A stretch of DNA of 64,000 nucleotides from Marsupella aquatica (Eukaryota > Plantae > Marchantiophyta), in contig OZ316894.1 in the NCBI GenBank assembly GCA_973895155.1, positions 1,504,457 to 1,568,456 of the forward strand, in the 5' to 3' direction. This document shows, in pieces, positions 34,675 through 46,200 of this stretch. Position 1 is the stretch's first letter. Each line of letters begins with the position of its first letter. The notes under the pieces are model-generated. The model searched no databases and was not told the DNA's origin. It saw only the letters and a program-made list of their open reading frames with translations. The translations under genes were made by a program, and so were the position numbers.

Positions 34675-35031
34675 AAAAGGCGTAAGAGAAACAATTGTAC
34701 TGAAATCGAATCGGAAACCGGCAGGATGCCAAGATCGGCCGGGAGCATCTAACGAATCACTGTGTGAATCCCGTGTACGGAACCGACAAGCACTGTCTGA
34801 GCTCTGTCAACAGCAATTCAAGAAGAATTGAAAAACCCACAAAGAAAGACATGCCCTAAGCAAGCAAAGTCCTGGCGTCACACTAACAAGCACATTTGCT
34901 TCAAGAATGGCCCAGACTTGCTACAAGAACATGTCGCTAACTCAGGTAGTACACTAGCCCTAACTACATACCTAGCAGGCAGGCGAGGGACATGCCGATG
35001 TGCATAAGAGGCACTGTCCCTCGGCATGACA
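34673..35031. repeat. Repeat B2 (359 bp), terminal; 5' end of the element on the sense strand
   Basis: Copy of 25267-25624; ends catgaca followed by the TSD atgg. Confidence 0.95.
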
Positions 35032-38000
35032 ATGGCTCCTTGAACTAGAAGGGAACTGGGATGGGTTCCTCAAACCCTAGTTATAGGCAAGATTACAAGC
35101 AGTTGGTTTTGGCTGACTCTTGTGTTTCTAGGACTCCCTATGGGTCTCTGTACCAAAGAGACCGTCCAAAAATTGGGTTTTACTTTTTAATGACACAAAA
35201 CTTAAGATATTTGAAACCAAGTTTTGGAAAAGTTTTCTGGCAAAGTGGTGTATGTTAAGCGTTGATTTCTCCCTGATTTCTCCCTATGAGAAAGTATGGG
35301 ACTGTAGGGAAATTTCCCTATGTTTGCTTGCATGATAATGATATCCTTCCCTATGGATAAGCATGGCTACCGTCTTCCCCCAAACACAGTGCCATGGCAT
35401 TGTGTTCAAAACTGGAAAGTTTTGGGTCCCATGACAAAAAAGAAATATTTGAACTTGAATGCAACATGATCTACTGAACAGAATGCGCTGGTGTTGTGCT
35501 TGAGTTTTGACACTAACCTATTGTACATGGAGCACAAAAGGTGCAAAATTCATGAATCATATGACAACACCAATATTGAAACACAAAGCCAATATTAGAA
35601 CAGAACCCCCAAGTTTGAACACACAGGCAAATATCAAAATTGAAACTAAATAGTCAAAACTTGAATATAAAGCCCTGGCGCAGCTATTCAAATGAAGCGT
35701 CTCAAATCTCTTTGTTGTGCCTCCAGTTGTGGTCAAGGGCATTTTTCCGGGAAATGGTGGTGGAGACAAAAAAGCATGTCCAAACACTTTTGACCTGAGA
35801 CCAAAACTGATACTTTTCGGCCAGTTTTTCCCGCTGATCTCAAGGTTTGAGATGCCCTAATAGAGAGCCGTAGAGCCCCTCTTCCATTTGTTATGGGGGA
35901 AACTGTTGCTCTAAAAAAAATACGCAGACAAGACAAACGAACACAAAAAGGGATAACAAACCTCCACCTGTAGCATTCTGCCCTGCCATAACACAAATTT
36001 CCCCAAAATAGGAAACGATGCAAACTCGTCGATGTTGTTTCTCGACCGGCCCGCCAGCCCTCCGGGACGGCGGGCATGCGACTGGCGTTTCTCTTCAGTT
36101 CCTTCCAAAAGGGGAAGGAAAGAAAGAAAGAAATATATATATGATTTTGAACAGTGGTCTTTGTTCGTAAGGAAGGGAACACGGCCTGGTCCCGGTCAGC
36201 TGTTCACGTTCAAAAGCAGCAAAAAAGAGCCCCTGACTCAAAATTTCCGGACTTGGCATTCCGTTCCGCCATAGTGCCATACTGTTAAATCACTTCCTGC
36301 ACGCTGCCCCCGTGCCCTGCGGCCCTGCCCCGTCCCTCCCTGGCCTCCCCCGCCTCTCTTCTGCCCGCTGCCCCTCTGTGCCCCAGCCCATGCATTTCTC
36401 CTCCGCCCCCCTCTTCGCCCCCTTTCCCCAAAAAGCCTGCCAGGGGTCAAGTTAGTACTCCCGTCGTCCCTGGCTCACAGATGACCACGGCGTCCACAGA
36501 CTACCCGTGGACAACCGCAATTCGACAGCCCACCTCCGTCAGACCGTGTCTAATGCCCGTACCGATCTCCTGCCCGTACTCGGATGCCAGATTATTACTG
36601 TACCGCCTCGAACTACTAAATAACATCCACTTACTGTAGAGTATTGAGATATTTACCTGATGCCCCCCATGATAGATTCAGACCGTCAATATGATTTCAA
36701 TCGACGGACTTAAATTTCATGGGGTCGGTTTGGGAGAAAACTTTGAATTGGGGATCCATGACTTCTTGAGATATTTACCTGATGACCTCATGATTGCGTC
36801 AGACCTTTGGAAGACTTTAAATGTATGGGGTTGGTTGGGGAGATCGAAAACTTTGGTTTGGGGATCCATGGAGTAAATGCCTCTCAGCTTTCGTTAAGAG
36901 TAAATTTTCGTGAGCTTCAAGAATGTTACCGGACGAGTTAGAGAGGTATTCATAAGTGCACATTAAAATATAATATATATGATGTACAAATTTTTTCATA
37001 TTATGATCAATCTTGTTATTTTCTTTAAATCAATACACAGACCATATATTATCACATTTTGATATGTAATTACTTGTAGGGATAGAGAATCCTGACCATG
37101 GTAAACTTTGTTATTTTTTTTAAATCAATGAAAACACACCATATATCATAACATTTTGATGTGTGATTACTTGCAGGGTGAAAGAAGCCTGCCACTTATG
37201 TAATTCTTACTATAGTTTAACTCTCTCTACGTGTACCCTCCCAGACATAAGTATCTGGTGACTAAATGGGGGTTTGAAGTTTGTGATAAGTACAAACCTG
37301 AAAGGATTGCACACTTATTAGCAAGGGTCCCTCTGCTAGTGAGCGGTCTCTTGACTTGCAACCCACATTGTGCATCCCTGTCCTAAACTTGGTGTCCCAC
37401 TCCATAAGTGCATTCTATTACTCTACTAAAAGAGGGCATGCATGTATCAGTAAAAGGAAGTTGACGGGATTCTGTGCTCACTCATCTGGGTGTTTGGTGA
37501 CTTGCAAGCAAAATTTGCATCCTTGCCCCTAGATATAATGGCCTACTCCATAAATGCCTTTTTCAGTCTACTAACATGGGCATGCAGTAATCAGTAAGTT
37601 CAATTAAATGGGATTGTGCACTTACATTTAAGTGTACAGTTAGAGTTATCACAGTTTTTCATTTATGAAGCTGTCCTTGAGCTGAAATATTTCAGGCCTT
37701 TTTGCACTTACAAAATGCACAAGAAAAGTGCAAACTTTGTGTTAAAAAAAGGGAAGAACACAACTCCTTGCAGTGAGCCAGGTTGTGCACTTTTGCACTT
37801 AGAGATAGCTTACTGTTTCGATAATATCAGTGTTGTACAGTATTTAAAGCTACGGTGACATTTTACCTTAACTATCTCCACTTTCCATGCTGGTTTTCTG
37901 GTTCCTAAATAACACTTTTTAAGTTTGGTGTTGGCCACCCTATTAGCTAGAATGCATTTGGAAAATGAATGATAAATTCTCAAGTCAATCACTCCATCAG

Positions 38001-38329
38001 TCCCCATTTGTAGGTACATTTACTTCGGCCTTGAGAATCTGTTAATGAGACGGCTTAACAAATAAATCACAAATTACATACCATTACTTGCGAAGAGGAA
38101 GGGATGAAGAAACTCTTTCTCGCATAATCTAAAGACCATAATATACAATCATCTTCTTTCTGACGATGATTCATTGTCATAATATACAGTTTCCTTCTTT
38201 CTTTATGATGAATCATTTATAAAATGAAAAAGTTTCCTTGGCGTTTGGATTATGGTGAGTTTGGCAATCATATGATGGACCTCAACTTGTCATAATTGTG
38301 CATGGTTTCCATAAACATCTGCCCACCAT

Positions 38330-38960
38330 TTGTCCACTGTTGCAATAGAGATGCTAGGTTAGTAGGTTTATTTGCTGACTCCTGATAGTAGCATTAGAGA
38401 CTTCAGGTCAATTTGCTGACTCCTACTAGTGTCTGACTGCCTGACCATCTCACTTTATCCAACAACACTTTTACACATTTTTCTTAACCATGAGATGGGC
38501 AGGAAGATGTGTTTGTGCATAGTTTCCATGCTAAACTCCCCACAATTTCTCCACTTGTTGCAATCGAGATGTTATGATCATTTTCTGACCTACTACTGTA
38601 GTGTCTGACTAACTGACCATCTCACGTTACTCCCAATAAACTTTTGCACATTTCTCCTAACCATGAAATGAGATGGGCCTGAAGATGTTATAGTACATCT
38701 CTTCCATACCCAACTCCCCACAATTTTGCAATATATATGTTAGGTTGATATGCTGACTCCTGATAGTGCAGTAGAGATTTTAGGTTGATTTGATGACTCC
38801 AAATAGCGTCTGACTGCCTCTCACTTTTATCCACCTAAAACTTTTGCATGTTTCCCTTAACCATGCCCTCCACAACTTATCCACTAGTTGAAATATAGAT
38901 GTTAGGTCCATTTGCTGACTCTTGATAGTATCTGACTGCCCGACCATCTCACTTTTAAGA
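38330..38960. repeat. Degenerate tandem repeat, ~170-200 bp unit
   Basis: Recurring gctgactcctgatagt, gtctgactgcctgaccatctcacttt, acattt..cttaaccatg and cccacaattt motifs. Confidence 0.65.
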
Positions 38961-40044
38961 CTCACAAGACTTCTGCTCCACATCATTCACTCTGCAGTCT
39001 GGTCAATATCTCAACCATTCCACTCAATATTTGACGAAATTGAGGACCCAAATAACAAGGTGGAGGGACGTGCAGCCTGGGGTCTGGGCTGCATGCGAAA
39101 AGTTCTATTTTCTCACGCTCGAACTCCTGGAAGATGCTTGGTCAGTGACCTAAAAATCTAAAATGCCCCAACTGTTTTCTTTATAATTATCTGCCCGGTT
39201 GCCCGCGGACCAGTGTTCGTTGCCGCTCCCGGGCATTGTTCGAGGCTACTAATAAAAGGGTATCTTCCAGAGCATCATTACAATCGACGGCAGTGGTTCA
39301 CACTTTCCAAGACTGCACACGCATGGCCGTCGATTCACTGCAGATTGAGTACGAATTTAAACGCGCTTTCGTTATTACGGCTGTTGTGAGTAAATTGCAA
39401 AAGTGGTGACACTTGACAGGGCACGGCCGGGCACTCGGGCAGCGTTGCGGCGCGGTCAGGACCGTGGCAGCCCAGACACGCTCATAAATATGTTTCTGGC
39501 CCGAAGTGCCCGCGGGACAAATGACCAGCATGGTAATTTATACCGGGGCCGTAATTCGTGCTAAACATTGATATTGCAATATTGTCGTCATCGCTGGAAA
39601 GTCATTACACACGTTCATTTACCTCTGGTTTGAACATCTCTTTGTCCGAATCTGCCCGGATGCCCGCTGCCCGGCGGGCAGTGTCTTGCCGGGATACAAC
39701 TTATCAACCCCTGCCCATGTTTTACACGTGAGCGTGAGATCGGATGGGTGTCCACTCCAGTCCCATGATACCTTTTTGGAGGGCCATAAAATTCTGTGAC
39801 GCTGACCGTACACCTTTGATACTGTTTTCCTCTCATTCTCTTGAGTCATCTTTTTGCTCAGGTTCATGACTAGTTAATCATTTGATACACCCCTGCTAGG
39901 TTTCCAAACTTGGTAATAAGGAGTGACAGTCATAATTTTACTATATGAAAAGAAAGACCCTTAGTAAAAGAAAACAATTGCAAGATAAAACCCGTGGGCT
40001 CAGTTTTCTAGTCACACATTGAATACATAAGAGATTTGGAGCTC

Positions 40045-40285
40045 TGAAAGTCTACAAGAGTTTACATATTTGCAACGATTATATAAAATGCAACTTTGTC
40101 ACATTCCATTCTTAGAAAATCTGACACGACAGAGAATGATAGCCCAGGTTAGGAAACATATAACATATAAGAAAAGTCTACAAGAATTTACGCATTGGAG
40201 AGTACCAATATATATAACTTTGTTACGTGACATTCCACTCCAAGAAAATCTGACACAACAGAGAATGAGTGCCCAAGTATTAATC
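40045..40285. repeat. Two diverged ~125-bp tandem copies
   Basis: aagtctacaaga.ttta ... aactttgt ... acattcca.tc..agaaaatctgacac.acagagaatga..gccca occurs twice. Confidence 0.65.
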
Positions 40286-43200
40286 AAGAGAGTACACATA
40301 AACACAGAAAACAATTGATGTGTCGAATTCTCCAAGAATTTACTTATTTGACCAGATAAAGTAGAGTAAATAGACGGCAGTCAAATTTTGTGGGTTGTGA
40401 TGACCTTTCCCGGTCTGATTAATGGAAGAGTGGGGGCCTCTGGGCAGGATGGTTGTGGCCCCTTCATTAGTTAGGGTTGGTTTGCTCTCAGGTTGTTTTC
40501 AGGGATAGTACTCCTTGGCCTTGTGGGCAGTCAAGTATTGGTTCATTTTGGGTGGCCATCAGAGGGGACTGTGTCTGATATTTCTGCTTATGGTTCTTTG
40601 TTTTTCCTCATCCTTTGAGTTTACGCAGAATTACTTGTGGGGTAAGAATTATCTGTGAAATGGAAAATCCTTTCAAGGAGAGTAAAGTAAATAGTACTTT
40701 GATAGAGACTCACTACTCTGACCAAATCTGACACACACAGAAGAAACTGATAACCCAAGTTCTAATTAAGAATAGAAACCCTATGTAGTCAAGTAATAAC
40801 TCCCTAAAAGTGCCAGCTTAGATGTCGATTTTCTTGGGAAAAACGCTGGACCATGAGATGCTTGTGGTGCAACCAGCAACAGGAGACTGCCACCTGGTCA
40901 GGGAAAGGTAAGTCTCGTAAAGTGTGAGATCTGAGCAAAGAAATTAGAACATAAATTCTGCAGATTCTCAAGTCAACCTGCATCAGAAAGAAAAGGATAG
41001 TTTAAGCGATTGTACCTTATGACAAGGACGAGGCAGAAATTTTTTCTTTTCTTGAGTCTCCAACGAGAGAGTTTACTTTGTAGATACGAAAAATATAGAT
41101 CACAGTGCCCAAAGACAAAAAACTCAGCACAGGGAGACATGATCCCAAAGACAAAACAACCCAATGAAGGGAAAAAAGCAACAAAAGACCTGAAGGGGCG
41201 GGAGTGGAAAGGCTCCATGCAAGGGCCCTTCTTTTGAAAGGTTACTTGCTGGGGTTGCCCTGCTGTTCTCCCTTCCATTCCCTGTGTCCACATAGTCACC
41301 GGTGAGTCGCCTCTGGGTCCTAGGGGGGCACCGTCTACGGAGGCTGCCTCGTGCGAGTGCTACCGATTGAGACGGAAGAGAAGAGAGAAGGGAAGAACGT
41401 CAAGAGACAAAACCCTGCTGCATTGAACTCGGTTTCCGCAACCATTTGCTGTGCTTAGCAAAACTATGGGCCCATTGTCCACCTTCAATGGCAGTCTGGG
41501 TGCTGCAGGGCTTAACAAGTTGTTTGATGTTTCTTCCCCTTCTCTCTTTTCCTTCCTCATCGAGAGACCAAGTGGGGGAGAGAACAGGCATTTGGCCGGT
41601 CCAATCTCTCCCCCCCTTGGTGCCTCCCCTTCCTGGTCTGTCCTTCACTTGCTGTCCCCCTAAACTGTGACCAAGGAGGGCCCAACTACAGCTGTATGCG
41701 TAGATTTGATGAGGCTCCAGGAGTGATTAGTGCTTAAGGGTGCCCCAAGAAGACCCTATGGTAAGAAGGGCCTTGCCAGGAACATTCTCACTTTGGAGGC
41801 TCCATCAAGTCTTGTTGTATTATGGAACTCAATAGGTTGTACTAGAGGCATAACCTAACACCAAAGCTATGTACCAACATAACACTTTTCAGTCCACTAC
41901 GGGCTTGAGATGACAATATGACTAAAAAACTCCTTTGATGCATCTTAGGATGCTAACATATCCCAATATCACATAAAACTACATCATGAAAACCCAAAGG
42001 AACAACTGAGTAACTCAAAGTATTGTTGGTGTAAAGATCACATCATCAGAGTTAATTATCAACATTTGATCTCATTCCTTGGTCTACGAAGGCCGCTGAC
42101 ATGCATTTTTCTTGTGACCATTGTGCACCATCATTAACCGTCCACTTTGTTAACAAATATCAATTGTATGCATCAAACTATCAGTTCAAATGGCAAGAGT
42201 TTAGTTGTCATTGTTTTCTAAGTAAATCAATTAAATATAAATAATTTCTTCATTGTAGTTGAAAAAGTAAATAAAATGGTTACAAGCTTCTGCTTTTCTT
42301 GCCCTACACTATTTATTTTTTAGCACTCAAGATTTTAGGGTTTAAAAATCTTTTTAACCATTCCTGGGTTTAAGTGTTTCTGCCAACGTTTCAAACAAAC
42401 ATGAATGATCATCTTTGTTTTCACCACAAACATTGTTGTCATGTTTGTGGCGGAAAGTGCTGAAGTGGCGCAACCAGTTGCTAGAAATAGACTTTGAAAG
42501 GAGGCCCATAAGAATTACACATTTGAAAACCCACCCTACTACTGCATCCAATGCAATATTTAAATATTATTGTTTTGGATGAATAATTTATGGAGTGACG
42601 GATCAAACTCCAATGACATATCTGTTATTCTCACGAATAGATGTTCAACCATCTCCACTCATTAGCGCTCTTTTTAAAAATATTTTGGTGGGGAAAAGGG
42701 CTGAGTCCAACAACTCATATCTCTTAATTTACATTTTTTAATATGTATATTTGTATCTGTATGTTTGCGGAAAATAAAGCGAAAAACCAGATTTGGGGTG
42801 CACGCCCATTTTGTATATGGGGTTATGCTTATCTCAAGAGGTAACCTGAGGTTGGCCCTCATTGATCCAACACCATGTGGCGAGGTCCTACTGGCCCATG
42901 TTACCCTGGTCAAAAGCACCCTATGTCGGGCTGTGCTCTCCACCCGCCCATCACAAACTGGGTCGTCACGGCTTTGCAGCCTGATGACTGCCCTTGCATG
43001 CCTGACCGCCCCTCAAAGCCCGGTGTGTACCCTGCAAATGCCCGACAAGTGCCTGTAAACCCATTTTTTCTCCAATTGTTTTTAGATGTTTACACATTTT
43101 AAGGAAATGTTTACACATTTTACATCCTAAGAAGCCTAGGAATGTTTTTGGTAGGCCGGCGACTGTGGCTTTCGGTTCCAATTGTGGGGAACGCCGATGA

Positions 43201-46200
43201 CCTTCCACTGAGGTCCTACAGCCTCCCAGGCCAAACAACCCTGGTCAGCACCACTTTGTCCTGAGAAAGATCACATTGGAGTAGCTTGCTGTGACTTTTT
43301 TCAACAGTGAGCAAGTAAAAGTCTTAGCTCAGGTTAGCTCATGAGGCTCACTTAACCCAGCCACAAACCCGGTTAGCCATTACCAAACGGTCATCTTTAG
43401 ATCTACAGGAGGTACTTCCCTGGAGTGCAACCTTGCCCAATTTCAATGGTGTGGTGAGTCCTAGACCATCAAAGCCACAACCTCATATAAGTAATTTCTC
43501 CAGGATTGTGGGTCAATCTGATGCCCAGAAAACACGTCAGGTATGGAGAAACTCATCCCACTTGGTTCATTTTCTAATAATATTGGGTGTAAACAGAGAA
43601 TGACCTGAAACATTTTGTCAAATAAAATAAAAGAAATCGTACTATATTTGACATTCACATCGGTTGGCATTGTTTTATTGAGTGGCTTGTACTAGATGGT
43701 ACGAGTCATGGGAGCAAAATCAGCAAACCAATCTTGAGTTCATTGGGCTTAAACCTCGTGAAGTCACACTAGCACCACTCAGAAATACGACAAGCAAGCT
43801 TATTTTGTGGCAAGAATCCACCATTATTGTATACTCATTACATCCAGAACTCAGATATGATCATTTATTGCTTGCCTTGCACGAGGACTTTTGTCGGGTA
43901 AGAATATGTGATTATAATATAGTATATAAGGTAAACTTTAAGACGAATGATTCATAGACTTCTAAATTTATCATTTTAAAGCATGGTAGGTGGGGAGGGA
44001 ATTCATCCCAACATGCTTCTCCTTTGGACGGATACAGGACTTGACTTGAGTCAAAGTTACCATCAACAAGGCAAAGACTGTAGCCATGTTCAAGGTGGGA
44101 CCTATGGTGAAGTGTTGCCATCATATGTGGCTAAGTAGGAGCTGTAACCGTCGAGCCACCACTGGTTGATTGCAGCAACCCATGCCCAAAGCCATATCCC
44201 AATTGCAATCCCAGTTCCAAATTAAGGAAGGTGTGGGCCAATAGTCGAAGCAATGCTGGAAGAATATATATATTGTTTTACTGTAGTAAGCTGATAAAAC
44301 ATTGCACGTTATTTGGGGAACAGTCTGAGAGATCGTGACCTCCATGCTTGATGTCCAAGCTTGTGTAAATGTGGGAATTCTCTCCGATTCGTATTGCCCT
44401 CAAATAGGGAGCCTTGACCCTCTAGCAATATGACAAACAGGTCGTCATGGGTTTATTTGACTTTAACTATTCTTGTGTTTGATTAAATTTTCAATTTCTG
44501 TACCTAGCCTAGGAAGCTTCCTTATGGCCATATTTTGAGGACGTCTACAGTAGTAAGGGAAAGAGTGAAGTATGGAAATGAGGTATGGAACATTGATTTC
44601 GAAGCCCATAAGGATTGTGTCCCTAACCCATGACTGACGAGCTAACAACTGTGAACTTTGAGATATAAAAACTTTTAATTGAAAAGAACGTACCTGTACA
44701 TTTGAATCCCTCGGAAGAATCCAGGTACTGGATGTTCTGTATACGAATTTTTTGATTACATGCATCCCACCACTGAGTATGGTTGTTTGGAAGCTGAAGT
44801 AAAGGCTTCGTTGTACTTTCTTTGGCTAATTTGTTTTTGTAAATTATGACCACTTTCTATAAGCGAAATCAAGCAATCTTCTAGTGTGCAAAACACACAG
44901 GTGGATATCCATAAGGAAGATCTGAATGAGTGCTGGATGTGCACAATGTTTCTAAATTTTACACAACAAAATTATTTTCAGCTTTTTACAAGTATTACAC
45001 ACTACTTTGGTAGTCTACCCAAAATTTCTTAAAACAAATCTATTTACTGGCGAACCCCGATGGCACTATTGTATCATAGGATGGGAATGAAGTAACTTAT
45101 TTTGTTCTTACCAAATATTGATGTCCAAAGGACGGGCGATGAGAAGTAAGTAAATAGAAAATAGGAATCGAACATAGGCATTAAGTTTCTAAGAACAGTA
45201 GGAATGGGCTGATTGAGGTGGGCCTACTCAAAATCCACACAAGGATCTTATTATTTCTGTACTCTTGGCCTTCATTGGCTATGCTGCATAATTATGTCTC
45301 AAGAACATGACTGTGTCCCCATCATGTTGTGTTAGCGTCCCAAATGTTGGAAAAGTGGTCCTGAAAGTTGTGGTGGGGTCAAAGAATTGGGCTAATTGTA
45401 GGGGAGGCCACATTAGAGCCACAATGGATAACTATACAATTTGATAAGCAGGATATGTATCATTAAAATTTAGGATCGCCAAGCTGGCCATTGGGCTTTG
45501 GAACCAATAAGCACATCACCACCAATAAGGGAAAGGCATAATATAGGCTCTCTGTAGAGTGATTGCAAAGTTCTAGGACCACAAAGCGCCCTCTTGCAAT
45601 CAATGAACAGGACGAACGCACCAATGGACCGAGAGCAAACCCACATCCAATACAAAAAGACACGATGCCAACGAAAAATGTAAACTGACTATGAGCAGAG
45701 GCCAAAGGCCAAACACAAACAAAAATGTTAAAAAGGTGGTGTCCCTCTTCCCCCTTATTACGACTTCTCACAGATGGGCCCAAGAGATTAAATCGAATTC
45801 CAAGTTACACCACTAGACTATGGACGTTTCTCACGCGCCCTTGCATTTTGGACACAAGTTGGACCAGACTTGATCTCGTCAAACGTGTTCGTCAATCAAG
45901 CACGTGAAGGGAAAGGAAGAGCTAAATTATAAAATGGGTCCCCCCCCTTCACTGCAATTGGTAAGCTTGGTGAAATATAGTTCCGCTTTTGAAAAAGAAA
46001 CCTACCCATACAACCTTCTGGAGTACTACAAATGAACTAGAATACTAGTGTCGGAGACTAGCTCCTCATCTGGATTGTGCAACATTTTTGGGCAAAAGTG
46101 CATGCCTCGTGCTGGGGTTAACCAAGGACCTTGCAAGTAGATTTATTGTAATACTGTAGTGAGAATCAAGTTAGCAGAAAAAACCAATGACATGAGAAAT

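Larger units (their letters stand above)
25091..35031 (-). mobile_element. Ty3/gypsy-type retrotransposon carrying a cytosine DNA methyltransferase and PHD finger, with split direct repeats
   Basis: Ends tgtcgtg (25091) and catgaca (35031); 4-bp TSD atgg at 25087-25090 and 35032-35035. Plus-strand repeat order is A1-B1-gt-A2-[internal]-B2. Intact gag-PR-DNMT-RT-RH-IN-PHD ORF. Confidence 0.95.

Noticed and set aside
25091-35031. DIRS/PAT/Ngaro tyrosine-recombinase element
   Set aside because: The repeat layout is similar, but the ORF encodes an aspartic protease and an HHCC+DDE integrase. No tyrosine recombinase ORF was seen, and a TSD is present.
36290-39460. Weak inverted similarity between GC-rich patches at ~36300 and ~39420-39447, a possible DNA transposon TIR pair
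   Set aside because: Matches are ~9 bp in low-complexity GC sequence; no TSD or transposase was found.
41000-46000. Short ORFs possibly from old LINE or gene fragments
   Set aside because: No RT, endonuclease or other motif could be recognised by eye.
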